A stretch of 64,000 nucleotides of DNA from Geosiphon pyriformis uo1 (lineage: Eukaryota; Fungi; Glomeromycota). The stretch lies in NCBI GenBank assembly GCA_016748015.1, contig JAAOMT010000762.1, positions 558,001 to 622,000 of the forward strand, given 5' to 3'. The notes beneath the pieces were generated by a model that ran no database searches, was not told the origin of the DNA, and saw only the letters and a program-made list of their open reading frames with translations. Of this stretch, positions 1 to 13,656 are shown piece after piece (within the stretch, counting starts at the first letter, position 1; every line of letters begins with the position of its first letter). Made by a program: the position numbers and the translations under genes.

Positions 1-1720
1 AGCTTGCCAAATATATTTTATAGTTTAAAGTATTTTCTAATATCAAAAATTTTGAGAGATCTCTTTTATTTCAATATAATTAATTCTTTGAAATGCTTTA
101 AAATTGTTTTTAATGACAGATTGTTGAATAAACATGAGTCAATTATGAATTGGAAAACTTTTTATTATTGAAAAAAACTAAGTTTTAGAAGTCTAATATT
201 GTTGTGATTTAAAAAGACTTCAATTTATATGAGTAGCCATTGTATAGAATCTGGTAAGATTACTTTTGTCTCTGATTGCTTGGATTTTTTTTGTTTACCT
301 AAATTTTCAAATGTTTAAGGCTATTTACACAGATTGTAAACAGATGTTTTTAATATTTACATAAATAGCTCTTTAAAGTAATTGAATACTGTAGAAATTA
401 CTAACAGAACAGTAGCATATTTTTTTAATATTAAAATATACAGGTTGCTGTTTTCTATAATATTGGAACTTCAAATAATTGCTTTGGCTTTGGGGTGTGT
501 TTTTTTATTGTGCTTAATAATTGTGTATATAAAAAGTCAAACAGTTCTAAATACATATGTTTTAAAATTTAGGCTTTATTAACCAAACTTTTAAAACAAA
601 TACTAAGTAGAAAGATATTATATAGTTAATTTAATTAAGTTTAAGAATATTTTTGTTAGATAAATAAAGATCAAAAATTATTCAAAAGACATTAATAATA
701 ACAAAACTGATGTTTTTATATATAATACAACTAATTCTGACTTTTTTTTCTGTGAGAGTTTATAAAAGATTTATAATGGCTAACAGCCAAATTGTCTTAA
801 AAAATACTTATTATTTTATTCAGAATATTTGTAAAGCTGTTTGTAAAACTCAATAGAAAACCAGACTAAATACAAAAGTTATAGATAAAGCATTAATTAA
901 AGACATAAATTGGATTAATACTTTAACAGTTTGACATCTGAACTCATATATGCTTTCTAAGTTTATAAGCAAAGCTTTGGCTGTTTTTTACATATATCTG
1001 ATAAAAACAGTTCATAAAAAACTCTTAGTTGCTATTAAAAAAAAATTTATAACAAAAATTATTTAAGAATATTATGTTTAATATATAATAATATTAAATT
1101 TTTTAATTACATTTTTACTTGTTCAAAAAAAGCTGTAATATGTTCTGAGATTTTGCTAAATCATATTAATTTGTAAAAGTTTTTAATAGATGGCTGCTTT
1201 TTGTTATCTTTTTTAGTACTGTATATTCTCTTTTTGAAAATATTAGATGTTAGTATTTATGTGGTTTTGTATAAGAGTTTTATATTCAAAAAATAAACTG
1301 ATAAAACAGTTTTGATCTTTGAAAATAAGAAAAAAGCTGTATTAGTAGTGGTCAATTTCACTTATTATTTGGCTAAGAAGTATTAAAGTAAGTTGTAATT
1401 ATTTAAAACAAAATTCAGAATTGATATAGAAAAAAATAATCTAATTAATAACATAGAGATAATTTTTGCTGTTTTTTGTAACATGTTTAGTTGTTTATTA
1501 ATAAGTGTTGTTTGTTTGCTTAGTATTATTAAGTTATTTGCTGTTAGTTTTAGTTTGTATAAGACTTGTTTTTTCTTTTTAGGTATTTGTAATAATGTAA
1601 AAGTATACATAAGTACATAGTGTTGTTTTGATTGGTTTAAGTAGCTAGTTATATGTAAAAAGTATATAAACCATATTTAGTTGGACTTACTTAGTTTGTT
1701 TCTGTATACTAGATAATAGT
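1..1720 (+). mobile_element. Degenerate non-LTR retrotransposon (LINE) 3' part: RNase H, Cys-rich zf-RVT-like region and 3' UTR
   Basis: Decayed YTDGS-like motif near 355 and LELQIIALAL (ORF 382-582). Colinear with the better-preserved minus-strand copy at 9245-10960, including the 3' UTR. Confidence 0.75.
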
Positions 1721-2363
1721 TGGACCACACTCATTAAATAAATTATTAAAAAAAACTCTATTACCAAACTTTCAAAAAAATTTTCAAATTTTAATAGTAA
1801 TCAATCTGAGTACCAAGTTACAAAAAACCCTAATGAATTCAGAACTTATCTGTAACAACATATTCAATATTTAAAAAAAATATCTTTAAGATATTTTGTT
1901 TAATTGCTTTTACAATTAAGAACATTTTATTTGTTAAAACTTTATTAGTTTTACTATAGAAAAAGTAATATTTACTCTTTGTTTTGGTTGTGATTATAAA
2001 AATAAGAGAAATAAATCCAAATTTCTTTTAGTAACATAAATAATTTTAATTAAAAATTATTTTTTTGATGTAAATAATATTTTTATTTAATAATAAGTAC
2101 AATTGAGTTCTTTAATAGTTTTATAACAATGATTTAATTTCTTAAATAATATTTTATTATTTCTTTGATTTATTAAATATTGGCTATTAAACATGAAATC
2201 TGAAATCTGAAATCTGTCTTTTTTTTAATATTAAAACCACTATATATATACCTATTTGTAGTTTAATAAAATAGCATATTGTGTTTGCTGCTATTGCTTG
2301 GTTAATTTATCATACTATTTATGATTTTGCTGGTAACAACGGGTTGAAGTTTCAGTTAATATA

Positions 2364-2480
2364 GTTGCGTAATGTAGCCTTGATTGGCCCGAGTGACTGG
2401 TCACATGTAGTAAGAGCGTGAATTACATTTAATTTAGAACACTTGGTTGTTGTATTGTATAGTGATCGGGCCTCACTCGC
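2364..2480 (+). promoter_or_regulatory. Candidate PNO1 promoter elements: reverse CCAAT box (ATTGG 2383), E-box GTCACATG, inverted GGCCCGA/TCGGGCC pair
   Basis: A GC/CpG-retaining patch 150-270 bp upstream of the ATG in otherwise AT-rich DNA. Motifs read by eye, function not shown. Confidence 0.3.
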
Positions 2481-2633
2481 TAAACTGATAAAAAAAAAGA
2501 TAATTAAAAATGTAGTTGTATATATTTTTGTAATAATAGAATTAAATATGTTAATTAGGAATTTTAATAAATTAGTTTTAAAAATCATCCACTTTGATAA
2601 TTGGCTAGATTAAATTTCTTTGCAAATCCGACC

Positions 2634-3672
2634 ATGGACAGAATAAAGAACTCGAAAAAAAATGGACAAATTGAGCCTTACAGCAATGAAGGGCTAAACC
2701 CATTGCAAAACTTGGAACAAGGGGATGAGACGGGAGATGATGATATGGAAGTCGAAACTGAAAAACCCAATTTTGCTCCTCTACAAACCGCACTGTTGAA
2801 GGTAGTTTCTCCCGGTCCTTGAATCAAAACTAAGTTAAGAAAGCTAACGTCTAATACTTTAGGGTAATACAATTCAAATGCGCAAAGTTCTTGTTCCACC
2901 TAACAGATATGCCCCCTTGAAAAAGTCCTGGAAGAATATCTACGAACCATTAGTAGAACATTTGAATTTACAAGTTCGAATGAACATGAAGACTTATAAT
3001 GTTGAACTTAAAGTTAGGTTTCATCTGGTTTAAAAAGATACCAAATAATCAATATTAGCTATATGATTACACGAAAAATATAGACATCAAAATATACCAG
3101 TGAAACTGGTGCTTTACAAAAGGGTGCCGATTTTGTGAAGGCTTTTATGCTGGGTTTTGATGTTGAAGTAAGTATATTGTGAATTTATTTCTTTCCAAAC
3201 TGCTAATATAAGTTATATTTGACCAGTAGGACTCAATGGCCATATTACGTATGGACGACCTCTATATAGATTCATTTGAGATCAAAGATGGTAAATTTCA
3301 TATTTCTTTCCCACGTCCACTCAATCATTGACGCCTCTTCAGTTAAAAATTTGCAAGGTGATCATCTTTCTCGTGCAATTGGTCGCATCGCTGGTAAAGA
3401 CGGCAAGGTGAAATTTACTATTGAAAATACTTCCAAGACCAGAATAGTGTTGGCAGACACGTATGTACTAAATATTTGTTCATTATCTGTTCATAATTCA
3501 AATGCTTCTCAATTCAGATCTCTTAAATTATAGGAAAATCCATATACTTGGGACTTTCCAGAATATTAAAATTGCGCGGGATGCAATAGTCTCTTTGATT
3601 TTGGGAAGTCCACCTGGGAAAGTATATGCGAACCTCAGGACCGTTAGTTCGCGAATGAAACAAAGATTTTAA
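2634..3672 (+). CDS. PNO1: Pre-rRNA-processing KH-domain protein PNO1/DIM2, 6 exons, 239 aa
   Basis: Exons 2634-2801, 2863-3012, 3084-3167, 3230-3290, 3343-3460, 3534-3672 (720 nt, GT-AG introns). Translation includes [63 protein letters not shown] and [15 protein letters not shown]. Confidence 0.96.
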
Positions 3673-3865
3673 CTGATAAACTCAGAATAATTCTCATCTT
3701 TAAAAAAAATTATTTGCGATAAAATTACATTTAATACAGTCCAAGATGTCTACGGAATAACGTGAAGAAATAATTTACAATTTGAACAGATTAAATAAAT
3801 TTCTGACAAATGAATGGGAAAGAAAATCTCAATATTCGTAATATTCATCAAACCTATAAAAATAA

Positions 3866-6800
3866 TTAAGGAATGCTGGTGCGCACATAAAACAAGCTGT
3901 AGGCGGCGCGAGTCTAACAGAAATGTAGTAGTTTATGAGATTTGATTAAAGTTTAAACCAAAGAGTGATATTTTTAGATAAAATTACCATGACATTTCTT
4001 TCATCGCATACTGAGACGCGGCTGTCGTCGAAATTGTGCCATTCTTGTCGATAACCATTACGAACACAAGCTGTATAGTGACCACCATTTAATCCCCCAT
4101 AATGGTTTGACACAGCATATAGATCGTAAAGATAAGGAGGCCCACGTTTTGGTGCCAATGTACGGGTGCTGCTCTGATCGTTGAGGTTTAATTGCATTTT
4201 GAGACCAATTTCAGCTGTCGGGGCTAATGGTGGTAACATATAATGAGTCAAATCTAAGCTCCGTAATGGAAAATCTACAACGGTTTCTAATTTATCCCTA
4301 AACGGTCCTTTGAATGAGAAACGTTTCAGATGTATCAGAAGAATGTCTGGTAGGCGGGACAAGGTAAGCCTTTTTACAGTGCGCCGTCGAGTCTGACATC
4401 TTGGGCATTGCCAAGCATCTTCACCATCAAGTATTTCTTCCCGCACGAATTCATTCAGACAGTCATGCAAACCGATTGGATTATAATTTCGATTTTTAGT
4501 AGGAATTGGCAATGATAGGTACATAAACGTATTATAAGTCGTTGAAGTTTTGCCGCAAGTCATACATTCCAGTCGATTACGGAATTGGCCTTGGAAAAGA
4601 CTGACAACGATTGACCAATTACGTAATGTATAATTTTCCCACTCAATCTCGGATACTTTTTGTGGTGGCAAAAGTTCTCGTTGTTCCTCTTCTTTCTCTG
4701 TCAACTCTCTAATCGGCGGCTTGTACTTTGGAACATTCAAATCTTCATGCAAGCCATCAAGTAGGAAAGCCAAAAATTCCTGGGAATCTTGTTGATCTGA
4801 TCCAGAAAATTGTGGGGCAAACCGTCCAATAGCTTCTTTGAATGATACAGGGGAAACAAAGGTATATTGTTCGCTCCACATATAGTGAAGAAGTTTTGCA
4901 AAAGAGTTTGACAAAAGGCCTTTAGTTCCGAGAGGATTAACAGTGTTGATATGACGTCGGTAGCTGCCATTCAGAAAATATCGAGAAAATGGGATAGTAC
5001 CGCTCAAACATTGAATGACAGAATTCATAAAGCAAGTATTTCCCAAGTTTTTAAGTCCCGTAGTCCCGATACCCGATCCTAACTGCGAAAAACTACTTTC
5101 AGAAGGCGGAAAGCGTTGATGATTAGGGCCTAGAGACATTGACGGTCGACGAAACATATCGTTATCTTCCTTTAATAAAGGTGAGGGGACAATTGATGGC
5201 AAAGGTACTTTATTCTGCGTTAATGAATTTGAATTTGAGGATGGTAAAGTTGGATCAGGCAATGGTTTTTTTGGGGGTGGTGGTGGTGGTGGTCTTTGTG
5301 GTCGAGGAGGAGCATATTCTGGGTTATTAATCCGAGTAAAGCTATTAAAAGGATGGTCTATAAAAGTCCTGCGCCTTTGTAGGCTAACATTGGACTGAGT
5401 GGCCACCGGAGGCTCTGGAAGAGTAGATGGTGCTTGTCCAGATGAGCCAATGTCAGTATTGTGAGGCGAAGATTCTTGCGATGGAGTAATCAATTTTGCT
5501 GTATGATTATTTTCAGTCGAATATCCAGCAGGAAAATTTTGATTATTGTTATATTGCTGAGTGTATGAAGGTTGATTATAATTGGCTTGAGTCATAGATT
5601 GCATTTCAGAACCAGTCGGGTGCAAAAACTGTGGACGGAGATGATTTTAGCAAGATTTTATCTTAGATTTTACAAACCAATTTGAATGATCAGCTTACCA
5701 GGTCCATATAATTGGTTGCATATGGAGTACGAATAACCCCTTGTTGTTGAAAATTTGCGACTTGTTGGGAAGGATTGCTAAAGTTTTGGTGCAATTTGTG
5801 AAAAATAATAAATTTCTTTTGAATAAATTATTGAATGATCAGGGTTTTCATTACTTTAGTCAAGATCGTTTTTCATTGAAAAGGGAAACAATCCAGGGAT
5901 TCTCACTTGACAATTTCTGCTATATTCGTTATAATCAAGTAGTAATTCTTTGAAACTTGACATACTCGATATTATTCGGTTTTTGAAGAGATCCCGTCCA
6001 ATTACGATTATCTGAAATCAATATACCATTTCGTTTGGTTTTATCATGCTGTGGTAAGGGTTCTCTCACTCCAATAATGCTCGTCTTAGAAACGGCATTT
6101 TCAATGCCAGCATCGCCGGTCAATCGCTTCCAGCCTTCAAACCCACCCACTAATAAAACGGGAGGACGTTTTGGTGGCTTTTGAAATTCATTCACCCAAA
6201 TAGCTTGTACGAGATTGTACATCGGATACTTGTTATCTCCAAGCTTATTACTTGGGACTGAATTAGAATTTCTTGCGGAGGTGATGTTTGGATTATGGAC
6301 AGAATCTTGATCATGATAGACGATTAAATCAAATGTGTGGCGATCGGAAAATAATTTTTGTTCGTTTTGAGGAGAAAGAATAAGACGATGCTCCAAGTCT
6401 ATCGAAGAAATCCTATTGTAGTTAGGATCATTAATGTTGGAAACTGATTAATATAATGAAAAGCTAAAATTTATCTGTGAATTTTTTGCTCGAGAAACAT
6501 CATTATAATATGATATCAGTAGCTTATGATGATAGTTTAACACACGGTAAGGATCAGGTTTACTGAGAGATAAATAGTTGTAAAATTTAAACATACCCGT
6601 CAATCAAGATTAAAGGTTCCAAGCAAATTATATTCTCGGCTTTTATGTGACCATTTTGAAATGGTTCACGATTTCTTATATCCAAAATCAAGATTTTAGG
6701 GGCATTTTTTTCAATTTTGAGGAACTTTTCAAGTTCGGTGGCCTTAATTGTGTTGGTCACTGGGAAACCTTCTAATGGGTCCGGAGCCCGAGAAGCTTTT

Positions 6801-8017
6801 ATCGGGTCTGGCGGGTGTGATATTGGGTTCACCAATGATTGATTCGTTGATAATTCGCTCGTAGATGGCTTTTTTAAAGAAACAACACTTTCAATATTCT
6901 TTGGATCATTTTTCCTGTAATTTTTATCAATTGATGTCTTGCTCCCCGAGATTGATTGAGCAACTAGTCCATCATTTCGTAGATTAGCAATCCTTTGAGC
7001 GATACTCGAATTCAGTGGTCCCATAGTCTGTGAATTATTCTTTGAGGAACTATTAGAAGTAACACTCCCGATCATGCTTTCTCCAAAGATGTAGACAGGG
7101 GAAGGTTCTATACCCAACAATGTATTTGAAGTATCCAAAGGTGGAAATCTTGGGTCATTGTTATTTGAGACTGATATTTTTGTTGAGTTTGGCGGAGTAG
7201 GATGAGGAACAGGCATTTTCAGATCGATTATTTCTTCTGTATTTCTGGCTGCTCCATCCATTTTTATTAATTGCTCATGTTTATTGTCTCGTTCTTCTAG
7301 TAACTTCGCCACTTCTTCAGCATCTTCTAATACACCAGGGATTTTCTGTATAAATTATAATTGTATTAGTTATATTTTGAAGATAATTTTATGTAAAGAA
7401 AGTATTTTCAATACAAATTACCCGTTTCAGCTCAAAATAATCGTAACTAATATCTTCTGTCATATGGTTAAAGTCTTTGTGATGTGGCACCACTTCTAAT
7501 ATTATACTTTCAATGCGTTTTGATTTTAATAACTCAAGATGAAAATAAGATCTAGCAAAATAAGTGAAGAAATCTTCAATGCAGATAATGGTTACCTAGC
7601 GACTTTGAGTGATGTCACGTAGAGGGTATTAAGGTCTTGTTTAATTTTGGCATTTTCTGCCTAAAGTGGTGTAAAATTTTCGGTGATTTTTTAAAAGCCA
7701 GGTGTATAACCAAAAAGGCGCGGTAAGTTACAACATAAAAGGTGTTGTGACATGAAATTTCGAAAAGCAATCTTAAATAGGTCTTGTTCAAACAAAATCT
7801 ATTTAGAATTTAATTTGAGCAAAAAGGTGACAAGCCAGCAACCCTGAGGTTCAACAAGACCAAAAGTCATTTTGGTAAAAATTTAAATTACCTGATCTAA
7901 AAGACTTTTAGTGGACTTTAGCCAAGTTTTGATTTTATAACTTGGGTCCACTTTAACAATCGCTGCTTCTTTGAGTTCTGATATGTTAATATGAGAATTT
8001 GGCATTTGCGCGGCCAT
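3866..8017 (-). CDS. DOA4: Ubiquitin C-terminal hydrolase, USP8/DOA4(UBP4) type: N-terminal MIT-like region, rhodanese domain, Pro-rich linker, peptidase C19; multi-exon
   Basis: Cys box GLKNLGNTCFMNSVIQCL, QQDSQEF, Zn ribbon CMTC..CPRC, His box SNHYGGLNGGHYTA, rhodanese ILILDIRNREPFQNGHI. ATG at 8017; last exon TRAAYSLFYVRTSIP* ends at 3866; GT-AG introns. Confidence 0.92.
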
Positions 8018-8329
8018 TTTCTTAAAAATGACCGTACTAAAACCAACACAAGTAGCTAAATTGGCTCCCAGAATATACTGCAATCGGCTTGAACCCCTTT
8101 TTTCAAATATCACTCCTAAATCAAACCCGGGCAATTTTAACGAAATACGTCTATCATACCACCTTAAAGTTAGACTCAGATCATTATCAAAACCTGTATT
8201 ATATACCTCAATGTATTATATTAATACATGATAATAAATTACCAGGAATTGTAAGGCATCAGCAAGTAAGAATTTTATTTTATTTTATTTTGCAGGTTTA
8301 AATTTAAATTAATAATTATTTTAAAAGTA

Positions 8330-9230
8330 AGGTTCTTTAAAGTTTTCAAATTTTAAATGTTTTGGTTCATTATTTAATATATATTAACAAAATATGTTAT
8401 TATTTAAAAATTATTTTTACAACACAATTATTATATATTAAATATGAATTATACAACAACTTAAATATATTTAGTTATTTAAATTAATGGTAATTATTTG
8501 TCTTTTAAATTAAAAATAGTTAATATTTTTATTTTATTAAAATAATTTATAAATATTTATTTTTTATAAATATGTTTATATATTTAATTTTCTGTTATTT
8601 TTTATTTATTTTTCTGTATATTTTATATTTAATATAATTTATTATAATTAATTACAATTGATTAATAACTCCAAAATTATAAATATTTAAAAAATAATTT
8701 TTATTTTTATTTTTAAAACTTATAAACAAATTAGTATTATAAATAAATATATAATTTAAAAACTTGTAAATTAATGCTTTGGTAATTAAATTTAAATATT
8801 TTAATTATTGAATTTTTTGTATTTAAGTAATAATAGCTGGTAATATTTGGTGTTTTATTTTTTTGATAAGTAATTAGTTTATTTTGGTATTTTTTATTCT
8901 TTTAATAAATAATTTAACTATTAATAAATTAATTTTATACTTATTTTTGTGTTTTTTATTAAACAATTTTTAATATTATAATTTTAATGTTTTATTTTTA
9001 ATTAATTAGTTTAAAACAAACAAACAAAATAAAAATAATAATAAATAAAAAGTTAATATTTTATTAATAATTATAATTAAAAACTATTATTTTAGTATTA
9101 TTAAATTTTTTAAATATATATTAATAATATTTAATGCTTTTATAAATAAAAAGTTAAAAGTAAATAATTTTTGTAATATAAAATTTCTGAAAATTTAAAT
9201 TATTTTTTTATTTTTTTTTTAATATTAAAT
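8330..9230. repeat. Extremely AT-rich tract, probably a repeat mutated to saturation
   Basis: Almost no C or G and no recognisable ORF. It lies between the USP8 promoter and a LINE. Confidence 0.4.
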
Positions 9231-9244
9231 AAGTGCAGTTTAAT

Positions 9245-10960
9245 TGCTATTTAGTATATAAAGTCAAAACTATAAACTCCAATTAGATATAATTTATGTA
9301 TTTACAATATGTAACCAGTCACTTAAACTAATTAAAGCAATACTAAGCTTCTATACAAACAGTAACCTTACCACCCAAACCAGAAAAAAACAAGTAAGAT
9401 ATACAAAAACCAAAACTAACTCCAAAAAAATTATTAATACCAATTAATCTAATTATACTATCTAATAAAACTAGTATTGAATTAACAGACACTACAGGCA
9501 TTACCCCTGAATTACTAATTAAATTATCTCTCTTTATATCTGCTCTAAATCTAAACCTGAATTCCTACAACTCAAAATAGTATCATTTACCCAAACCTCA
9601 CACAAAATCAACTAAAATCTGGGCAGTCTTCTTATGATCTTCAAAAATCCATACCATTTTCTTAAACCACCTCATAGATACAAAGCTCTTATAAAGAAAT
9701 GCATACATACCAACATTAAATATATATAAAAGAAGAGATTTTACAATCACAAAAAAGATAAGAAAACAAAAACCAGTTAGAAACCTCCAAAATAAAATAT
9801 GCTTAAATAAGATTGCCTTATAAGAAACAAACTCTTTAAAACACATAAATACATAATTGGAAAATTCAACTTTTCTATAATATAAACATAAAACACCAGA
9901 ATAATATTTGTTATAAAGTTTCTTTCTAATAACAACAGGCAGTTTTTTATAGACAGTCTTCATAAAATAAATATGCAAGCCAGCTGAAACTTTGCTTGTA
10001 GACCCTAACAGCATGTGTAAATCTGGATGCCAAACTGCCATAATATGAATTTAATCAATATTACGAACCAAAAAACCATCTAAAACTCTAGAACCAAAAC
10101 TAATTTTCCAATATACATAATTTACTAACCTAAAAATATTCTAAACAAAATGATAAACATTACCAAAAACCAGTAGACTATTGGTCTTAATAAAGCATTT
10201 GCACACATTAGTTAGCAGCAGCAAAAATAAGTGAGCAGTCACACCTGTCAAAACATCTGTGCAAACATTGCCTAAAACTCTTAAGTAGCCTCTAATCTTT
10301 GATTAGACTACAGAAATGTTTTTATTAATAATTAAATTCACAATATGCCTTTTTTTTATTCAACAACTACTATGAAAATCAGAACCAGGTAATTTCAACT
10401 CTAAGACACATGCATTCAATGTGGCCTAACTGTCCAAACACACTACTATTAAATAAGAAGAGAACACACATTTCAAAGCCAAAGCAATAGCCTGTAATTT
10501 GGCCATTATAAAAGACAAAAGCTTATTAACTCTAATTTTAATGTTCAAATTAATCTCAGAAAAAAATACAATAGCACTTTTAGTCACATTAACAGAACCA
10601 AGCTTTTTTAAAGAATCATCTGTATATACAGTAAAAGTATTTGACCAGATCTCAAGCAGACCATTCTTAATATCAGAAAACTGACCAGATAACAAAATAT
10701 TATTAATATCCAACACTAAATTTCTAGTAGAAAACACTGATGTGAGCACAAAATCATGTAAAAACTTTGATACCAAAACAAACTAAGAAGACACAGATCC
10801 CCTAGGGTCTAATCTCTTTTAATATTGGAATGTTTTCTAATCTAAAACTTTACTGTGTTTGTCTAAAAATCTGTTACAAAAAGTCATACCAAATCTCTTT
10901 AAGAAACTAATTCAATTATAATACAATAATAGTTTCAAGACACTTAAAACAAAAAACCAG
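9245..10960 (-). mobile_element. Degenerate LINE 3' part: RNase H and zf-RVT-like Cys-rich region
   Basis: ORF 10426-10776 has VYTDDSL...AKLQAIALAL...CLDS (RNase H). ORF 9598-10041 has LPVVIRKKLYNKYYSGVLCLYYRKVEFSNYVFMC. Homologous to 1-1720. Confidence 0.85.
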
Positions 10961-10979
10961 CTATTTTATTTTTCTTAAA

Positions 10980-11100
10980 TTATTGTTAAAATTTTTGGTA
11001 TTTTTGTTAATATTTTTGAAATTTTTGGTATTTTAAAAATTTTTGCTAATTTTTTAAAATTTTTAAAATTTTTAAAATTTTTAAAATTTTTAATATTATA
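10980..11100. repeat. 9-10 bp tandem repeat (TTTAAAATT)n, probably a decayed LTR-type GAATTCCAG array
   Basis: Periodic units visible. Full C>T/G>A conversion of the 9-mer array in LTR-D would give this sequence (inference). Confidence 0.45.
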
Positions 11101-11507
11101 TTATCTAATAATTTTATATATATAATTATTTAATTTATGCTATAATAACTATTATTTTTTTTAATATTAAGTTTTAATAAAATTCAAAATTTTTTTAAAT
11201 AATTTTAATTATATTTTTTTTATTATTGTATTGTTAATTTCTATTTTTAATTTTTAAATTAAATATTGTTTTTTTTTAATTAATTATTAATGTTTTTATA
11301 ATTAAATATAATAATATTTTATTATATTTTTAAAACATAAAATAAGTATTTAAAAAAACTTTTTTTTTCTATGTTCAAAATTTTTCAAAACCAATTTAAT
11401 AAAAAAGTTTTTTTTGTTTTTTAATTCTTTTTATTATTTTATTTTTGCTATTTTATTAAACACAAACTTTTTAATTATTGTTTTAATAATTATTACTAGT
11501 AATACAA

Positions 11508-13474
11508 TGTCTAAAAAAAATTAGTTAAAAGTATTGTCTTAAAATTAGTAAGTAGAAATCTAATACAAAAATCCAAAATGTCAATTAATAAAATAAAGCA
11601 TTTAAGTAATAAAACAGATTTAAAGTTCAAGTTATTTTTATATAGTATTGGTTAATTTGAGAATATAAATACTTTTTTTAATAATATAATAAATGGCTTG
11701 GCTATATATAATATTAGCTATAAAGCTAAAAGTAAAAGTAATAAATTTTTAAACTCTTATACTAATATTTTAAAAGCAAAAAAATTCAATTCTAGTAAAA
11801 TAGTGATCTTTTTTTTTAAGTTATATAATTTTCATTTTAATAATAGTAGTAATATTATAAATTTTTTTTTTCATTAACTAGATTTATTTTGTATTTTAAT
11901 ACTTATATCAAAAAAAAAAGCTTTAATTTAATAAAATTTTACATATTAGACATTAATTTCTTAATTATATTTAATAAAACTTTAAATAACAAGTTTAGAT
12001 TTATGAAAAAACTTTTTTATAAAATCAATAGTTTTGGAAAAGCCTTAACTTTCACAAAATTTTATGGTATTATTAGGATATTATTATATCTAATTTTAAT
12101 TTTAAAATATTTAAGTAGTTAACTATAAGAAAAAAAATTTTAATTAATATCAATTTAAAAAAAATTAATATTAGATTAAATTTAAAAATAATAGTAAAAA
12201 ATTCCAATAAATTTTTTTAAATTAATAATTGAATTAATACTGTCTAAATTTGGCAAAATTGTTTTTATTAAAATACAGTTTATTAGTCTTTAACAAAAAA
12301 TTTTGGTTAAATTTAAGAGTTCTAAAATTACTAATCTAATTATAACCAAATAATTAATATTGCTAAAAAAAATTTGGTATGAATTATTAAAACCAATGCT
12401 AATAAATATATGTAAAATCTAAAAAATTATTATTATGCTTTTTTATATACTTTTCTGATAAGCACAATTGTTTATAATTTTTAAGTTTAATTTAGTTTTA
12501 TAATAAAAAAATATGCTTCATTTCTTACAACTTTGTTTTCTATACACAAGTATATTGTACTATTAGGTGTTTTAAGTCTTTTATAGTTAAAAATACTGCT
12601 ATTTATTTGATTTCTGTAAATAAAAATATTAATCTAATTTAAACTGATTTATGTTTTTCTAAATATATTAAGTATAAAAAATTTGGTCACATTTTGGCTA
12701 TTTGTAATAATAATTTTAAACTATTTGTTTAGAGTTCAAAAAAAAAATTTTAAAGTTAAATAAAAGATATTTTATTTTTATTTATGCTAAAAAACAGATT
12801 TTTGTGTCTTATCTGATTTTTTTTGGTAAAAAAAACATGGGTTTTTGTAGTAAATAGTGATTTAAAATGTCTTTTTTTTAAGTTATCTACTGTTGTCTTT
12901 TTGGCTAATATATTAATTAATAATTTCCAAAAAGTTTTTGTTATTTTGATTTTGGTTTTTTAATTAAATACTCTTAAATATTTTTTAAAGCTTTTATTTG
13001 ATTATATTATTGAAATCTCTCATAAATAAGATGGCTTTTTTTTTTGCTATTATTAATTTATGTTGTAAAAACATCTGTTTTAAATGCTAATCTAGTATTA
13101 AACATAGCAGTTAATAAGCTGTTGTATATTTTTTCTGTTTTGTGTATTAATTTTAATATTTTTTAAGACATATTTTTTAGTAGATTCAAAGTTTTGACCA
13201 TTAAAATTGGTAATTTGAAGACTAATATGGTGATTTTAGAAAATTTAATTAAAATAATTATAAATAAACTGAAATTTTTTAGTTTGAATAATAATATTGT
13301 GTTTTTTTTTTATCTTTAATAAATAGTTTAACTTAAAAAGTAACTATATATAATATTAAAAAAATAAATATTTCTGTTAAAATAATATTATTAAGTGACA
13401 TCATAAATTTAAAAATAATATTTCAATAATTATTAAAATTAAGCTTTGCTCTAATATTAAATCTTAAATAATAA
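11508..13474 (+). mobile_element. Degenerate LINE 5' part: ORF1 (CCHC knuckle near 12660-12710) and start of ORF2 APE endonuclease; continues at 36961
   Basis: Back-mutated reading gives K(I/V)ATCNVRG..N.PAKQ.DIIKWH...ISI.TETKL...IRPWI. The sequence breaks at an LTR end (13475) and resumes as NKFLGIQMFTS at 36961. Confidence 0.7.
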
Positions 13475-13656
13475 TATTATAAATAAATTTAATAAGATAA
13501 TATTATAATTTAAAAGCTGATTAAATATAAGTATGATAGTTTCTTTAATTATATTAGTTATTAGTTTTTAATAACTTTTTTATTTAAAGTTATATCTATT
13601 AAGTTTTTTTGTTATAAGATACAGTATTTTGGTTTTTTAAATTATGTTGTTTTTGT

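Noticed and set aside
2380-2480. tRNA or snoRNA upstream of PNO1
   Set aside because: Only a 7-bp inverted repeat. No cloverleaf, TTCGA T-loop or canonical C/D boxes.
8330-9230. Organellar insertion (NUMT) or centromere core
   Set aside because: No organellar gene or RNA similarity is recognisable. Saturated repeat decay explains the composition.
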